Shown piece after piece: positions 17,301 through 27,345 of a stretch of DNA of 64,000 nt; the first letter of the stretch is position 1; the number at the start of each line of letters is the position of its first letter. Source of the stretch: an uncultured candidate division Zixibacteria bacterium (lineage in GTDB: Bacteria > Zixibacteria > MSB-5A5 > GN15 > FEB-12). A program made the translations under genes and the position numbers. The stretch is taken from the NCBI GenBank assembly GCA_963707365.1, contig CAVPPI010000001.1, positions 121,326 through 185,325 of the forward strand. Reading direction: 5' to 3'. Below the pieces are notes generated by a model. The model did not search any database, had not been told where the DNA came from, and worked only from the letters and a program-made list of their open reading frames with translations.

Positions 17301-17589
17301 TGTTCGCTCACCTCCCTAAAAATACTTATACGGATATTACGCCAGATTAATGTCGCCGCGTCAACAACAACAAAATTCAGCTTTGACCTAGAGCGACAGC
17401 AAGCTATATTACTGTCAATTCACGGGAGCACACACCACGAGAAAGCATTTTGTTTAGGTCGGGGGCAAGTGGTGAGCGATTCAGCAGTACAGAAATACTT
17501 TGATACCAGACGGTCAGTCTGGCAGGTCAATATTGTCAAAAGTCAAACCGTAACCATGCGACCATCTGTTTACAGGGAAGGAGATAGTT

Positions 17590-18378
17590 TTGAAGCAAAC
17601 CATTAGAATGGGAGCGCTTTTGTGCACTCTTGTGCTGGGCCTCTCAAGCGTTGGACCGGTCAGCGCCGAGGAATCGGTGACCAGCAAGCCCGGTCCGGAC
17701 GAAGTGATTACGATGCTGAAAGAGGGCAATGCCCGTTTCGCCGCCGGCGAGGCCACCTATCCGCATCTCGATGCCGCCCGCCTTGAACTGGCAGGTAAAG
17801 AAGATCAGGGCAAATATGCCTATGCAACAGTTATCAGTTGTTCGGACTCGCGTGTTCCGGTGGAGCTTATTTTTGATGCCGGCGTGATGGACATATTTGT
17901 TATCCGCGTTGCCGGCAATGTTTGTGACACCGATGAAATCGGTTCCATTGAATATGGCCTGGCCCATGTCCATACACCCGTTCTTGTCGTTCTCGGACAC
18001 ACCAAGTGTGGCGCTGTCACAGCCGTTACCCATGCTGTCGAAGGAAAGGGACACAAGTTGGAGCGTAACATCCCGCCGCTCGTGGACAATATTATCCCTG
18101 CGGTTAAACGCACCATGAAGCTTCATGCCGACATACATGGCGATGAACTCATCCCGTATGCGATCGAAGAAAACGTGTGGCAGGGGGTTAAGGATCTGTT
18201 CATGAAAAGTCCGACTGTACGCACTCTGGTCAAGGATGGCAAGGTGAAAATCGTAGGCGCCATCTACGATGTCGGAACAGGAAAAGTCGAGTGGCTGCCC
18301 GATGAGAAAGTTGGCGCGATTCTCACTCTCGTGGAAGGCTCTTCTGATAAAGAAACCGAACCTTTCAGCGCGGAATAG
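17590..18378 (+). CDS. beta-class carbonic anhydrase with signal peptide
   Basis: TTG 17590 lies 6 nt after AAGGAG. Signal peptide MKQTIRMGALLCTLVLGLSSVGPVSA. The zinc ligand motifs CSDSR and GHTKCGA are present. Confidence 0.9.
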   Translation: MKQTIRMGALLCTLVLGLSSVGPVSAEESVTSKPGPDEVITMLKEGNARFAAGEATYPHLDAARLELAGKEDQGKYAYATVISCSDSRVPVELIFDAGVMDIFVIRVAGNVCDTDEIGSIEYGLAHVHTPVLVVLGHTKCGAVTAVTHAVEGKGHKLERNIPPLVDNIIPAVKRTMKLHADIHGDELIPYAIEENVWQGVKDLFMKSPTVRTLVKDGKVKIVGAIYDVGTGKVEWLPDEKVGAILTLVEGSSDKETEPFSAE

Positions 18379-18401
18379 AGCCCCCGTCGGATAAGTCGAT
18401 C

Positions 18402-18436
18402 AAAAAAAAGGGCAGAAGACACAATGGCTTCTGCCC
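18402..18436 (-). terminator. rho-independent terminator (strong on minus strand; sits between convergent genes)
   Basis: GGGCAGAAG (18410..18418) / CTTCTGCCC (18428..18436). The minus-strand reading is followed by T8 (the complement of A8 at 18402..18409). Confidence 0.75.
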
Positions 18437-18463
18437 TCTTAGCAACTTCGAAAGTCTTTCAGT

Positions 18464-19715
18464 CTATTTTCTCATCGCGCCCAGAAACCTTGACCGCAGG
18501 GTATCACTCATCAGTGATTTCTTGACCGGGGGGAGTCTCAAAAAGCCGCCGACCACGCCCCGCATGAATTTGTGCGACATGCGCCCGGGATCATCGAAAA
18601 AGAGATTCTGAAGCGTACCGCGTTCCAGACACTGGAGAATCACTCTCTCGAATGTATCTTCCGGGTGCAAAACCCGCTGCTTGCGCTTCACCAGCTTTAG
18701 AGCGCCATTTAAGCAACTGAGAGCACATACCCCGCATCCCATGCAGATCGACTCGTCAATCACCGGTGGACTGTCTGTGCCGTCAGTGATAGCGTTGATA
18801 GGACAACTCCGGGTGCAAATACCGCATTCGATACACGTGTCTTCGTCACAGGCCGCAATGAAGGTAGAAGTTACCACGCTATTTGGGTATCCAAACTGGC
18901 TGATCCCGAGCAGAACATTACAGCAACATCCACAACAGTGGCAGATGAAAGAGATATTGCTTTTGGTGTTGTCGGCACAGAGAACGAGTTTCATCTCCTT
19001 TGAACGGGCGAGATTCTCAAGCATCTCCGTTTTCGACACTTCCCTGGCAAATCCGTGCCTGATCATATATTCGGTGGTTGGACCGAGAGTCGAACAGGTT
19101 TCGAGAGGGACATCGCACTTTTTCTCACCGGCATGAAGTTTCTCGTGTCGACAGGAGCAGATGCCAATAGCGAATTTTTTGCTGTCCTCGATTATGGCCG
19201 AGGCCTTCTCGTAATCGAGCACTTCCACGTACTCCGAATCGTCAATGGCCTCCTCGTAGGGCAAAGCCCGCAGTGGTCCCACTTTCTCGCCGTGCGAACT
19301 GTTGGCCCTAAAGAATTTTCCGTCGTCCTGAAGGTAATCGTTGAAAAGTCTTCGCCCACTCCTTGTAATCAAGCTCACCGCGGGTACGCATCATGGTGAA
19401 CTCGAAGATTCCAACTATGAGCGGCGAGATTATGTAGCGGTAACCGCCATTCATCCAGATGTCCATCACCAGGCCTTTTTCGCTCAGGTCGTCCAGAAGT
19501 CTCTTCAGTTTGGTCGGCTCGTATTTTGTGATTCGCTGGACTTTGTCAAAATCGGCCATCCCGTATGGCATTTTGACCAACAGTTCGGCTTCTTCAGTTG
19601 TATACAGCTCCTTGAAAATGTTGTAAAGCTTATCGCTCCAGGGAGCCCGAAGCGTGAGGCCATCGATTTTCTTTCCCAGCTTGCGATAAACGTCTTTGCC
19701 TGCTATGTGTCCCAT
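18464..19715 (-). pseudogene. 4Fe-4S dicluster / Cys-rich iron-sulfur protein; one frameshift as assembled
   Basis: Fragment ORFs are 19308..19715 and 18464..19378. The join reads ...RGELDYKEWAK / LFNDYLQDDGKFF..., near 19340..19350. Motifs CIECGICTRSCP, CMGCGVCALSC and CHCCGCCCN are present. ATG 19715 follows AAGGAG. Confidence 0.7.
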
Positions 19716-20094
19716 CGTATTGCTCCTTCACTTTACGCTCCCGCAACCGCGGGTGCGTTACCATATGCTGTGCGAGACGAGGATGTGGTTTTCTATTTTG
19801 CCATCGCCCGCCTGCGCAACGGGGTCGGCATATTTTCGGTGACTTATCTCAAAGTTGTACGCGGCCAGGTCGCATTGACATAGGCCTTGATGACTTAATA
19901 ACTATAACCAAGTCGGATGCTACGATTCAATCACAAACTTTAGGCGAAGCGGTACTGGTATACAGACCAACGCCCCTAATTTTAATTGCCCTGACCGCGC
20001 AGAATTATATAATATCCAATGAATTAGAGTGCGTCTGGAGACTTTTCGGAACCGCGCCAGACCTTTGCGGGTTTAGACTGCTAAGGTTTATTAT

Positions 20095-21285
20095 ATGTTT
20101 TTGATTGTTGTAATAACGGTGTTGACCCTGATGTACGGCTATATCGGGTGGCGGCTGATAATCCCGGCCGCATTCGGTACGCCGGTCAATGTACTGCTGT
20201 GGATACTAATTGCCATTCTCGCCATTCTGCCTTTTATACCTGTCATCTGTCGGTTTAACAACATAGAAGGCGGTTGGATCGATATTGTCGCCTGGATCGG
20301 CTATTTGAGTTTCGGATTCCTCACCGTGCTTTTCGCTTTTCTTGTCGTACGGGACGTATCCTATCTGCTGGTAACCATTGCGCAAAAGACCTTTCAATTG
20401 GCAGGCGGTCTTTTCGGAAGCGGAGGTTCGGTGGCCGGGGCTATCGACCCGGTGCGGAGAGCCCTGGTGACGAACTCCGTCAATGCCGGGCTTCTGGCAG
20501 TTACCGGTGGACTTATCGGTTATGGGATGTATGAAGCTCTGCGAAAACCTGATATAGTCGAAGTTAATGTTCCCATTGAGAACCTGCCGGGAGACCTCGA
20601 TGGATTCCGCATTGTCCAGATTACCGATATCCATGTGAGCAGCACTATCAAACGTCCTTTTGTGCAGTCCGTCGTAGATATAGTAAACGATCTCAAGCCG
20701 GATCTCATTGCCCTGACTGGTGATCTGGTGGATGGTTCGGTCAACCAGCTCCGCCAAGATGTCGCCCCGCTGACCGGGCTGAAAGCGCCGCACGGGATGT
20801 TTTTCATCACCGGCAATCACGAATACTATTCCGGCGTTCAGGAGTGGATTGAAGAAACCGCGCGGATGGGATTCACGGTTTTGCTGAACGAACACCGGGT
20901 CGTTCAGAGGGGAGAAGGACGGTTGCTTCTGGCCGGCGTCACCGATTATTCCGGCGGCCAATTCGGACCGAGCCATGTATCGGATCCGCATAAAGCGCGA
21001 GCCGGCGCGCCCGATTGTCACGCGACCATTCTTCTTGCCCATCAGCCCAAGAGCATTTTCGAGGCTGCCAAAGCCGGCTACGATTATGTGATTTCCGGGC
21101 ACACTCACGGCGGGCAGTATGCCCCTTACCATTTCCTGACCCGGATGAGCCAGCCGTATCTTTCGGGATTTCACAATTACAACGGTACACGCATTTATGT
21201 CAGCCGGGGGACAGGCTACTGGGGACCGCAAATACGAATCGGCGCCCGTAGCGAGATTACCGTCCACACGTTGATATCCGCATAA
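20095..21285 (+). CDS. membrane-anchored metallophosphoesterase (calcineurin-like)
   Basis: The N-terminus has TM helices. Motifs ITDIHVSS, TGDLVDG, GNHEY, LLAHQP and GHTHGG follow. Confidence 0.85.
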   Translation: MFLIVVITVLTLMYGYIGWRLIIPAAFGTPVNVLLWILIAILAILPFIPVICRFNNIEGGWIDIVAWIGYLSFGFLTVLFAFLVVRDVSYLLVTIAQKTFQLAGGLFGSGGSVAGAIDPVRRALVTNSVNAGLLAVTGGLIGYGMYEALRKPDIVEVNVPIENLPGDLDGFRIVQITDIHVSSTIKRPFVQSVVDIVNDLKPDLIALTGDLVDGSVNQLRQDVAPLTGLKAPHGMFFITGNHEYYSGVQEWIEETARMGFTVLLNEHRVVQRGEGRLLLAGVTDYSGGQFGPSHVSDPHKARAGAPDCHATILLAHQPKSIFEAAKAGYDYVISGHTHGGQYAPYHFLTRMSQPYLSGFHNYNGTRIYVSRGTGYWGPQIRIGARSEITVHTLISA

Positions 21286-21336
21286 AAAAAGACAGGCGCC
21301 ATGCACCTGCCTTCGAAGTAATCGCCAGGATCATGA

Positions 21337-22713
21337 TTACTTCAGTAAGATCATTTTCTTGGACTGGACCATGCTTTCAGTCTCGAGTCGGTAAAAATAG
21401 ACACCCGATGCAACTCTACTTCCGGCATCGTCCTTGCCATCCCATTCAATGGTATGCTCACCGGAGGACATAATCTCGCTCGTCAATTGACGCACCTTCT
21501 GGCCTGTGATATTACAAATATCGAGATTTACATGTTCAGTCTGCGCCAGGGTGAAACAGATGGTTGTTGATGGATTGAAAGGATTTGGATAGTTGCCGGA
21601 CGGCTTTTGACCATCGACGGCGGAGTTTGCGGCTGGATCGTCACTTATGATCTCCTCGGTCCACTGTGGCTTTCCGGTTTTCCATGCAACTTTCTCGAAA
21701 TCAAAACCCATTTTCTCAAGCAGCGCCCTGTGCGCGGGATTGTCAAAGTAGAACACGTGCTCGCTTCCGAACGGGTCAATCAGAGACATAGATGCGTTGG
21801 CGAGGAGTTCCTCACTACGGATTTCCATCTTTTGCTGCATCGTGATCAGGTTACTATCACCGTTGCGCTCGACCGTCATTATCTTCTCGTATTCGTTGCC
21901 GTCTTCGTTGCCCCTCGTCCAGAGGGTGTAATTGCCGTCTTTCAGGTCGAGGTTGACCTCGAGTTTGTTGGTTTCATCATTGAAGTTATAGGAAACCGAT
22001 TCGAACGGCTGTTCGTCCTCGGTTTCAATCAAAAGATTCTCCCCTACAAACTCGACTAATGTGTTTTTCCCTACGTTCCTGGTTTTGCTGACATCCTCAA
22101 CGGTGTAGTTGCCCATACGATCGACAGCCGCCAGAACGATTTGCACATCGCTTAAACTCTTCAATTTCGAAACCAATACGCGGCACGATGGATCACAGTC
22201 GCTGACATCGATCTCAGCTTCGGTAATGTTCAGAGAGGCCAGTACTTCTCGAAGCCGTTCAGTATCCGGAGCCAGGTCATGGCTCACCGCAGCTAGCGCC
22301 ACCTGATATTCTACTGTTTGGCCGATATTAAACGGCACAGTGACGGCTATCACTGCCAGGAAAAACAGCATGCCAAAGGAAAGGCTCAGCTTTGGCTTGC
22401 GACTCATTTGATTTTTTGCCAGGTTCATAATTCTTCCTCCATGTCTCAACAGTTTTGTTAAGATAGGTTGATGGTTTCTTTGAACGTTGATCCTGGCTTC
22501 CAAATTTTCGCGGACTCTCGACAAAGGTAACGGCGTCGTTGGCATATAATTTCCGACCGTGGCTAAATCGCGCCGGAGCGTCCCCTCAGCACTGACCAGC
22601 CTAGCGCAGGGTGAACACTGTGAAAGATGTTCTACTACCTTCTGATCCAGATATAATTCGTCCATAAGCCCCCGAGCGGTCTTTATTTTTTCATGAATCG
22701 TATGGCAATGCAT
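21337..22713 (-). CDS. anti-sigma factor (zf-HC2, single TM) with extracytoplasmic region ending in a T9SS type-A / FlgD-Ig-like C-terminal sorting domain
   Basis: EHLSQCSPC (H-x3-C-x2-C). TM helix LSLSFGMLFFLAVIAVTVPF. The C-terminus is NYPNPFNPSTTICFTL...GEHTIEWDGKDDAGSRVASGVYFYRLETESMVQSKKMILLK. It overlaps the sigma gene by 23 nt. Confidence 0.75.
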   Translation of the reverse strand: MHCHTIHEKIKTARGLMDELYLDQKVVEHLSQCSPCARLVSAEGTLRRDLATVGNYMPTTPLPLSRVRENLEARINVQRNHQPILTKLLRHGGRIMNLAKNQMSRKPKLSLSFGMLFFLAVIAVTVPFNIGQTVEYQVALAAVSHDLAPDTERLREVLASLNITEAEIDVSDCDPSCRVLVSKLKSLSDVQIVLAAVDRMGNYTVEDVSKTRNVGKNTLVEFVGENLLIETEDEQPFESVSYNFNDETNKLEVNLDLKDGNYTLWTRGNEDGNEYEKIMTVERNGDSNLITMQQKMEIRSEELLANASMSLIDPFGSEHVFYFDNPAHRALLEKMGFDFEKVAWKTGKPQWTEEIISDDPAANSAVDGQKPSGNYPNPFNPSTTICFTLAQTEHVNLDICNITGQKVRQLTSEIMSSGEHTIEWDGKDDAGSRVASGVYFYRLETESMVQSKKMILLK

Positions 22714-23251
22714 CGACTACGCTCCTTTCTAATTCTGCAGCAGATGCTTCTTGATGTTGGTGGCTCATAAGAGCTTTTCGCATCTTAACACGAATTCGGG
22801 ACAATTTTGTCTTGAGGCTACCGACTGACTTACCGGCCGTCTTCGACAACTCCAGAAGTGTCCAGCCCTCAAGTTCGTAAAGTGTCACCAGAGCTCTTTC
22901 TTTAGGAGACAGTCCCGACATAGCTGCTGCCAGTCTACGCTGGGTTGCCTTTTGGGCAATCGGGCTATCGCCGGAGATGCCGCTCTGGATCTCAGGAGTC
23001 AATCGAACGCAAAGCATTTTCTTATTCTTTCGCAGCCACGATTTGAATGTGTTGTTGATGATGCGGTATAGCCAGTAACGAAACATGCCGTGATCCCTTA
23101 GTTTAGCAAACCCTTTAAGCGATCTGAACAAGGCGTCATGATAGAGATCATCACCCTTATTGGGATCGCCCGTTAGCTTGTGACAGTAAGCTCTCGCTCT
23201 CTCATGCTCCGTTTCGAGCAATCCCCAGAAAATGTCCTGCCTTGTCTCCAT
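22691..23251 (-). CDS. RNA polymerase ECF-type sigma-70 factor
   Basis: The 186-aa protein has region 2 (DLYHDALFRSLKGFAKLRDHGMFRYWLYRIINNTF) and region 4 (LSPKERALVTLYELEGWTLLELSKTAGKSVGSLKTKLSRIRVKMR). Confidence 0.9.
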   Translation of the reverse strand: METRQDIFWGLLETEHERARAYCHKLTGDPNKGDDLYHDALFRSLKGFAKLRDHGMFRYWLYRIINNTFKSWLRKNKKMLCVRLTPEIQSGISGDSPIAQKATQRRLAAAMSGLSPKERALVTLYELEGWTLLELSKTAGKSVGSLKTKLSRIRVKMRKALMSHQHQEASAAELERSVVDALPYDS

Positions 23252-23511
23252 CTTTTACTAAAGACTACACTTCAGCGGCCGAAGTTACAAATCTTTTTAT
23301 ATACTGACCATCTCCAGCCTCACACTAGTCACCGACAGCGCAGATAACTACTTGTATGGCTATGGGTTGAGCGCAAGGCGAGAGGTCGGAACAATCCACT
23401 CGGCCTTGTGTTATAGAAAACAAGAAGCCGAAGTCCAACGACTGGTTTGCCCTGGACATGGCTGTACGAAGGTCACCTCGGCTTTGCAACTTACAAGCAG
23501 GGAGAAATGTT

Positions 23512-23916
23512 ATGAAATCGCTACAAAATCTCTTACTATTACCGGCGGCTGTTCTGCTTCTGGGTGTCTTCTCAGGATGCAGTGATTCAAATCCAATCAG
23601 CGCGTTCGAACCTGAAATCGTTAATAATGCCGATGCCTTCCAGTTTCAGATAACTGACGCCACCGATGTCACGACGACTTTGCACTATTCATGGACCAAT
23701 ACCGGAACGCGAGCCACTATCGATCACTCGACAGCCGTTGTTTCCGGCTCCGCCTTCGTGACAATTATGGACGCAAGCGGCGTTCAGGTCTATTCGAGCG
23801 AACTCAAGGCCAGCGGGGTCGAGACCAGCGCAGTCGGTACAGCTGGAACGTGGAACATTACCGTGGGTTTTTCCAAATTTGACGGTACTTCCAATTTTCG
23901 CGCCGAAAAGCTCTGA
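23512..23916 (+). CDS. small lipoprotein of unknown function (paralog of 28987..29394)
   Basis: The in-frame ATG 23512 in ORF 23458..23916 follows GGGAGA. Lipobox VFSGCS. About 39% of residues are identical to the 28987 product over about 100 aa, gapless, by my manual count. Shared motifs are Y.WTNT....IDHS, DA.G.QVY, G.W.I.V and F.GT..FR..K. Confidence 0.7.
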   Translation: MKSLQNLLLLPAAVLLLGVFSGCSDSNPISAFEPEIVNNADAFQFQITDATDVTTTLHYSWTNTGTRATIDHSTAVVSGSAFVTIMDASGVQVYSSELKASGVETSAVGTAGTWNITVGFSKFDGTSNFRAEKL

Positions 23917-24049
23917 CGAGCCCTTTCGACCAGTTTTACTGTTTGTCAGACAGTTGTTGCTGTCCGAATTTTCTTCTGAACACATTTTAGTACGGTTTCG
24001 ACTCTACTATAGATGTGTTTGAACTGCACGTGCGTTTTCTGGAGAGATT

Positions 24050-24934
24050 ATGACCGACCGCAACGAGTTCGTCCTGGCAACCTATATCGAGGCCGCGTCT
24101 AACCTGCCCAATGTGATCCGTTTGACCGAAAGCCTGAAGACGTTCGGCGGCCACTTTCACGACACGCCGGTACGAGTCTACCGGCCCGACCATATCGCCA
24201 TTGAAGATGAGGATTCTTTGAGCAAGCTAAGGTCGCTCGGTGTTCAGATGGCCACCTGTACGGTACCAGAGGACTCAAGAAGATTCTGCTATGCCGGTAA
24301 AGTATATGCCGCCGGCGAAGCCGAGGCTTATGCCGACCGGCAGGGGGCTGTCCTGATCTGGATGGATGAGGATACGATTGTTCTTTCCGAACCGGGTTAT
24401 TTTGACCTGGCCGGAGACATCAGTCTCGCCTACGTGCCGGTGATGCACAATCGTTCCGGCTCGCTTTACGATTCTCCACCCGATGATTTCTGGAGCCGCA
24501 TTTATGATCTTCTGAATATCAACGCGGATATGCTCTTTCCCATGATCACCCCGGCCGATCAGCAGACGATACGTGCCTATTTTCACTGCGGCCTGTTGAT
24601 TACGAGGCCCAGGTGTGGAATCCTCCGGCGCTGGGTGAAGGATTTCGAGTTGCTCTACAAAGACTCGGTCCTTTCCGCTATGTGCGAGGCCGACCACACA
24701 AAAAATGTCTTCCTGCACCAGACAGCCCTCACCGGATCCGTATTGAACAGTATCAGGCGAAATCAAATGCGTCAATTGCCGGAGAGTTACAATTATCCGA
24801 TTTTCTTTGAGAAACAATACGGAGCCGTGACACCATTCGACTCGATTGAAAACGTTGTCACCCTCAGATGTGTCGTGTCCATGACAAATGTGGGAGATGA
24901 CTGGCCATCCCAGATTAAAAGGGCCTCAGGATAA
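24050..24934 (+). CDS. hypothetical protein (no confident family; possibly GT-A-like fold)
   Basis: ATG 24050 follows GGAGAG. The protein is 294 aa and cytoplasmic-looking. An acidic WMDEDT stretch is the only weak hint of a DxD motif. An alternative frame after about 24920 gives the tail LKGPQDKIDWLKQRLR, ending 24965, so the 3' end is uncertain. Confidence 0.55.
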   Translation: MTDRNEFVLATYIEAASNLPNVIRLTESLKTFGGHFHDTPVRVYRPDHIAIEDEDSLSKLRSLGVQMATCTVPEDSRRFCYAGKVYAAGEAEAYADRQGAVLIWMDEDTIVLSEPGYFDLAGDISLAYVPVMHNRSGSLYDSPPDDFWSRIYDLLNINADMLFPMITPADQQTIRAYFHCGLLITRPRCGILRRWVKDFELLYKDSVLSAMCEADHTKNVFLHQTALTGSVLNSIRRNQMRQLPESYNYPIFFEKQYGAVTPFDSIENVVTLRCVVSMTNVGDDWPSQIKRASG

Positions 24935-24971
24935 AATAGACTGGCTCAAACAGCGTCTGAGATAATCGTCT

Positions 24972-27139
24972 CTAATCCGGCTTTTTGTCTTTCACAGCAT
25001 CCGACTTCCAGAGCGCTCTGAAGTAATAGCTCAGGGCAAGGAAAACACCGCCAAAACCCATGAAGAGAAATATCCTGAAGATTGCCTGAAGGTGTGCCAG
25101 GTCTACCAGGAAGAGTTTCCCGACCACCACCAGCAGCGTAACCAGGGCTACTGTCTGCAATCCGGGAGTGGCGCGGCGTAGCCCCAGTATGAGAAGTATC
25201 ACGCCATAGATGCCCCACGCAATGGTCACATACCCTTGACCCTCGTGAAGCGTTGACAACTCGCTCAAAAGCCACCCCATAAAAGCGACATGGACGACCA
25301 GACTGTAGGAAATGCGCTCGGTACGGATTCGAGCGAGCCACGCGACAGCCGCAGCCATGACTATAGCCAGCAGATTGCTCAGCGCATATGTACCGAGCAA
25401 AACCATAGCCCCCGCCTGCCGGTCTGCCAGACGACGGACCAGCCACAACCCGAGCAGCCCTGAAAAAACATGTGCGCCCCCTTGCAGGATGCTGTCTTTG
25501 AGGCGTTTGACCTCGAGGTGGAATGCAAAAGCCTGAACGGTAAGAATCACAAAAAGGATGTTGCCTGAAAGCTCCCTTGAGAACCATCCCGCTAACGTAA
25601 AAACGCCAAACAAAAAGTAGATTCGTCGAAAAGCGATCGGTTTGAACAAGTACGACAGACCCAAGATGACCGCGATCATCCAGATATCGGCCAGTGCCCT
25701 GGCGTTGACCAGTGCCCTCGCATCGGAATAGAGCGGTTCGCCAAGTCGCTGAAACAGGAGCATGGCTAGCACAGCAAAGAGAGCATGACCACTCACGGCC
25801 GCGCCGAGATTACGGGTCCGGTGGTGAATCAGATGCAAAACAGTCGGCTTCGGTGGCGATGGCAAAAAATAGCGTGTCGCCGTCGAAAAGCAGGCACAAA
25901 GCTATCGTAAAAAGAAGCCCGCCGACAAGAGTATGGACATATCCAAAGTTCTTCAGCCTCTCGGTGAGGCTCAGGTAGTATGCCACTATCCAGTAAATAG
26001 CCGCGCCGCCCATTGCAATCCATCCCCAGTAGACATCCGATGGTCCCGACCAGGTAAGGCGTGACAACCACAGGGCCATAAGCGGTGTCGAGATAGCCAG
26101 CCAGTGTGCCTGACCGTCAGAGATGTCACCGAAAAGCTTTCTCAGTTCCGTTAATCCGCCTTTGCCGATCGTCTCACTCTTCTGTATGGGTGCGCCCCCG
26201 GAGACGATTTGTCTAATAAGCGGGACAATCCAGAAGGCGATCACCGCGAAGAGTATTCCGGCCTGAATTGCCCTCTGATCTGCGAATGCGACCGTAGATA
26301 CATCGTAAACGCCGTTGATCAAAGCCACTACCAGTATGCTCCAGCCGCTGACAACAGTCACCCACATCAGTGACCGCCACCCGCGATAGAAGTAAATGGC
26401 GCTGGTTGCACCGATGAGAATGCTGGAGTACAAAATCAGTCCCGGTATATTGCCGACACCCGTATAGAGCATAAACGGTGTCCCGAACCCGCCAACCGTC
26501 CCAATAAGCGAGAGTATAGAATCATTCTGCTTAAGTGAAAGAAGCAAAGCGAAAAGGGTAACCACAGCCATAAAAGCGAATGCGGTCGTATGCGAGACTA
26601 TTGCCAGCCTCTGAAAGGCGGCAAAGGCGGTAATGTAGAAAGTGGCTATACCGCCGCCTGTGAACACCAGGCTGAAATGACGTCTTTTCGCATAGGTTCG
26701 AAATCCAAGCACAACCAGCACGACCCCAAGACCCAGGCCAAAGCCGATCCGCACCCAAGGTGTCAGCCAGCCTTTATCGATTGAGTACTTAAACAGAAAG
26801 ACCACTGCGAACAATAGCAGCCCGATGCCAATTTTGTTGAGCCAGAACTCGACCTTTTTCATATGATCCGGCAGCTCAAATGAGAACGAGGGCTGCCGTC
26901 GTTTTGGAACCGGACGAGGGGGAGAGGTGGAAATTGTGGGGGCCGGACGAGCAAATCGGTCTACAGCATGTTCCGGCTTGGATATGGCAGCCGGTGGTGG
27001 CTCGGCGGGTTTCATCGGCTGCTGTGGCTGCTGGCTATGTTGACCGAGAAGCTGCCCGATCATCAATCTTAGGTCAGCTACCGTCTTTTCCAGACGGAGA
27101 ACTCTCTGTTCCAGTGATTTGTCCTCTGAAGTTATCCAT
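24972..27139 (-). pseudogene. DUF2339-type large polytopic membrane protein; two frameshifts as assembled
   Basis: Fragment ORFs are 25810..27066 and 24972..25865, joined as ...TLFFAIATEA / TVLHLIHHRTRNLG... near 25838. Upstream, ATG 27139 (8 nt after AAAGGAG) reads MDN and then needs a shift near 27125 to enter ...SEDKSLEQRVLRLEKTVADLRLMIGQLLG. A Pro/Gln-rich linker follows, then FWLNKIGIGLLLFAVVFLFKYSIDKGW and many TM helices. Confidence 0.75.
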
Positions 27140-27257
27140 CCCTCCGCTCCTTTATCTCATAAAGGTGTACCGTACCTCTATCAATGTAGCGATGAAACAC
27201 ATTATAGAATCAACAACAAATAAAAAGCCACCTCCCGGGCGAATCCGACTTCAATTG

Positions 27258-27285
27258 TTGACAATTTCCCGTGTCATTGTATACT
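27258..27285 (+). promoter_or_regulatory. sigma-70-type promoter candidate for the 27346 gene
   Basis: TTGACA (27258..27263), a 16-nt spacer, then TATACT (27280..27285). It lies about 60 nt upstream of ATG 27346. Confidence 0.5.
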
Positions 27286-27345
27286 GCAAAGGCAAGGATT
27301 ATCACGCAACAACGTAAAATCAAAACATAAATCGGGAGAGCAGTT

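Noticed and set aside
20206-21306. Very long antisense ORFs fully overlapping real genes. These are 20206..21306 (366 aa, opposite the metallophosphoesterase), 9997..10788, 41007..41894, 59672..60550, 27469..28167, 38468..39199 and 1409..2116.
   Set aside because: Their translations are low-complexity and Arg/Gly/Pro-rich, with no motifs, no RBS and no export or TM logic. The opposite strand encodes motif-rich, family-typical proteins in every case. They are shadow ORFs produced by codon bias.
26695-26706. tRNA-like T-loop string GGTTCGAAATCC.
   Set aside because: The flanks cannot form a T-stem (ATAGG against TCCAA) or an acceptor stem, and the string lies inside the DUF2339 coding frame. 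I found no tRNA or rRNA genes in the window.
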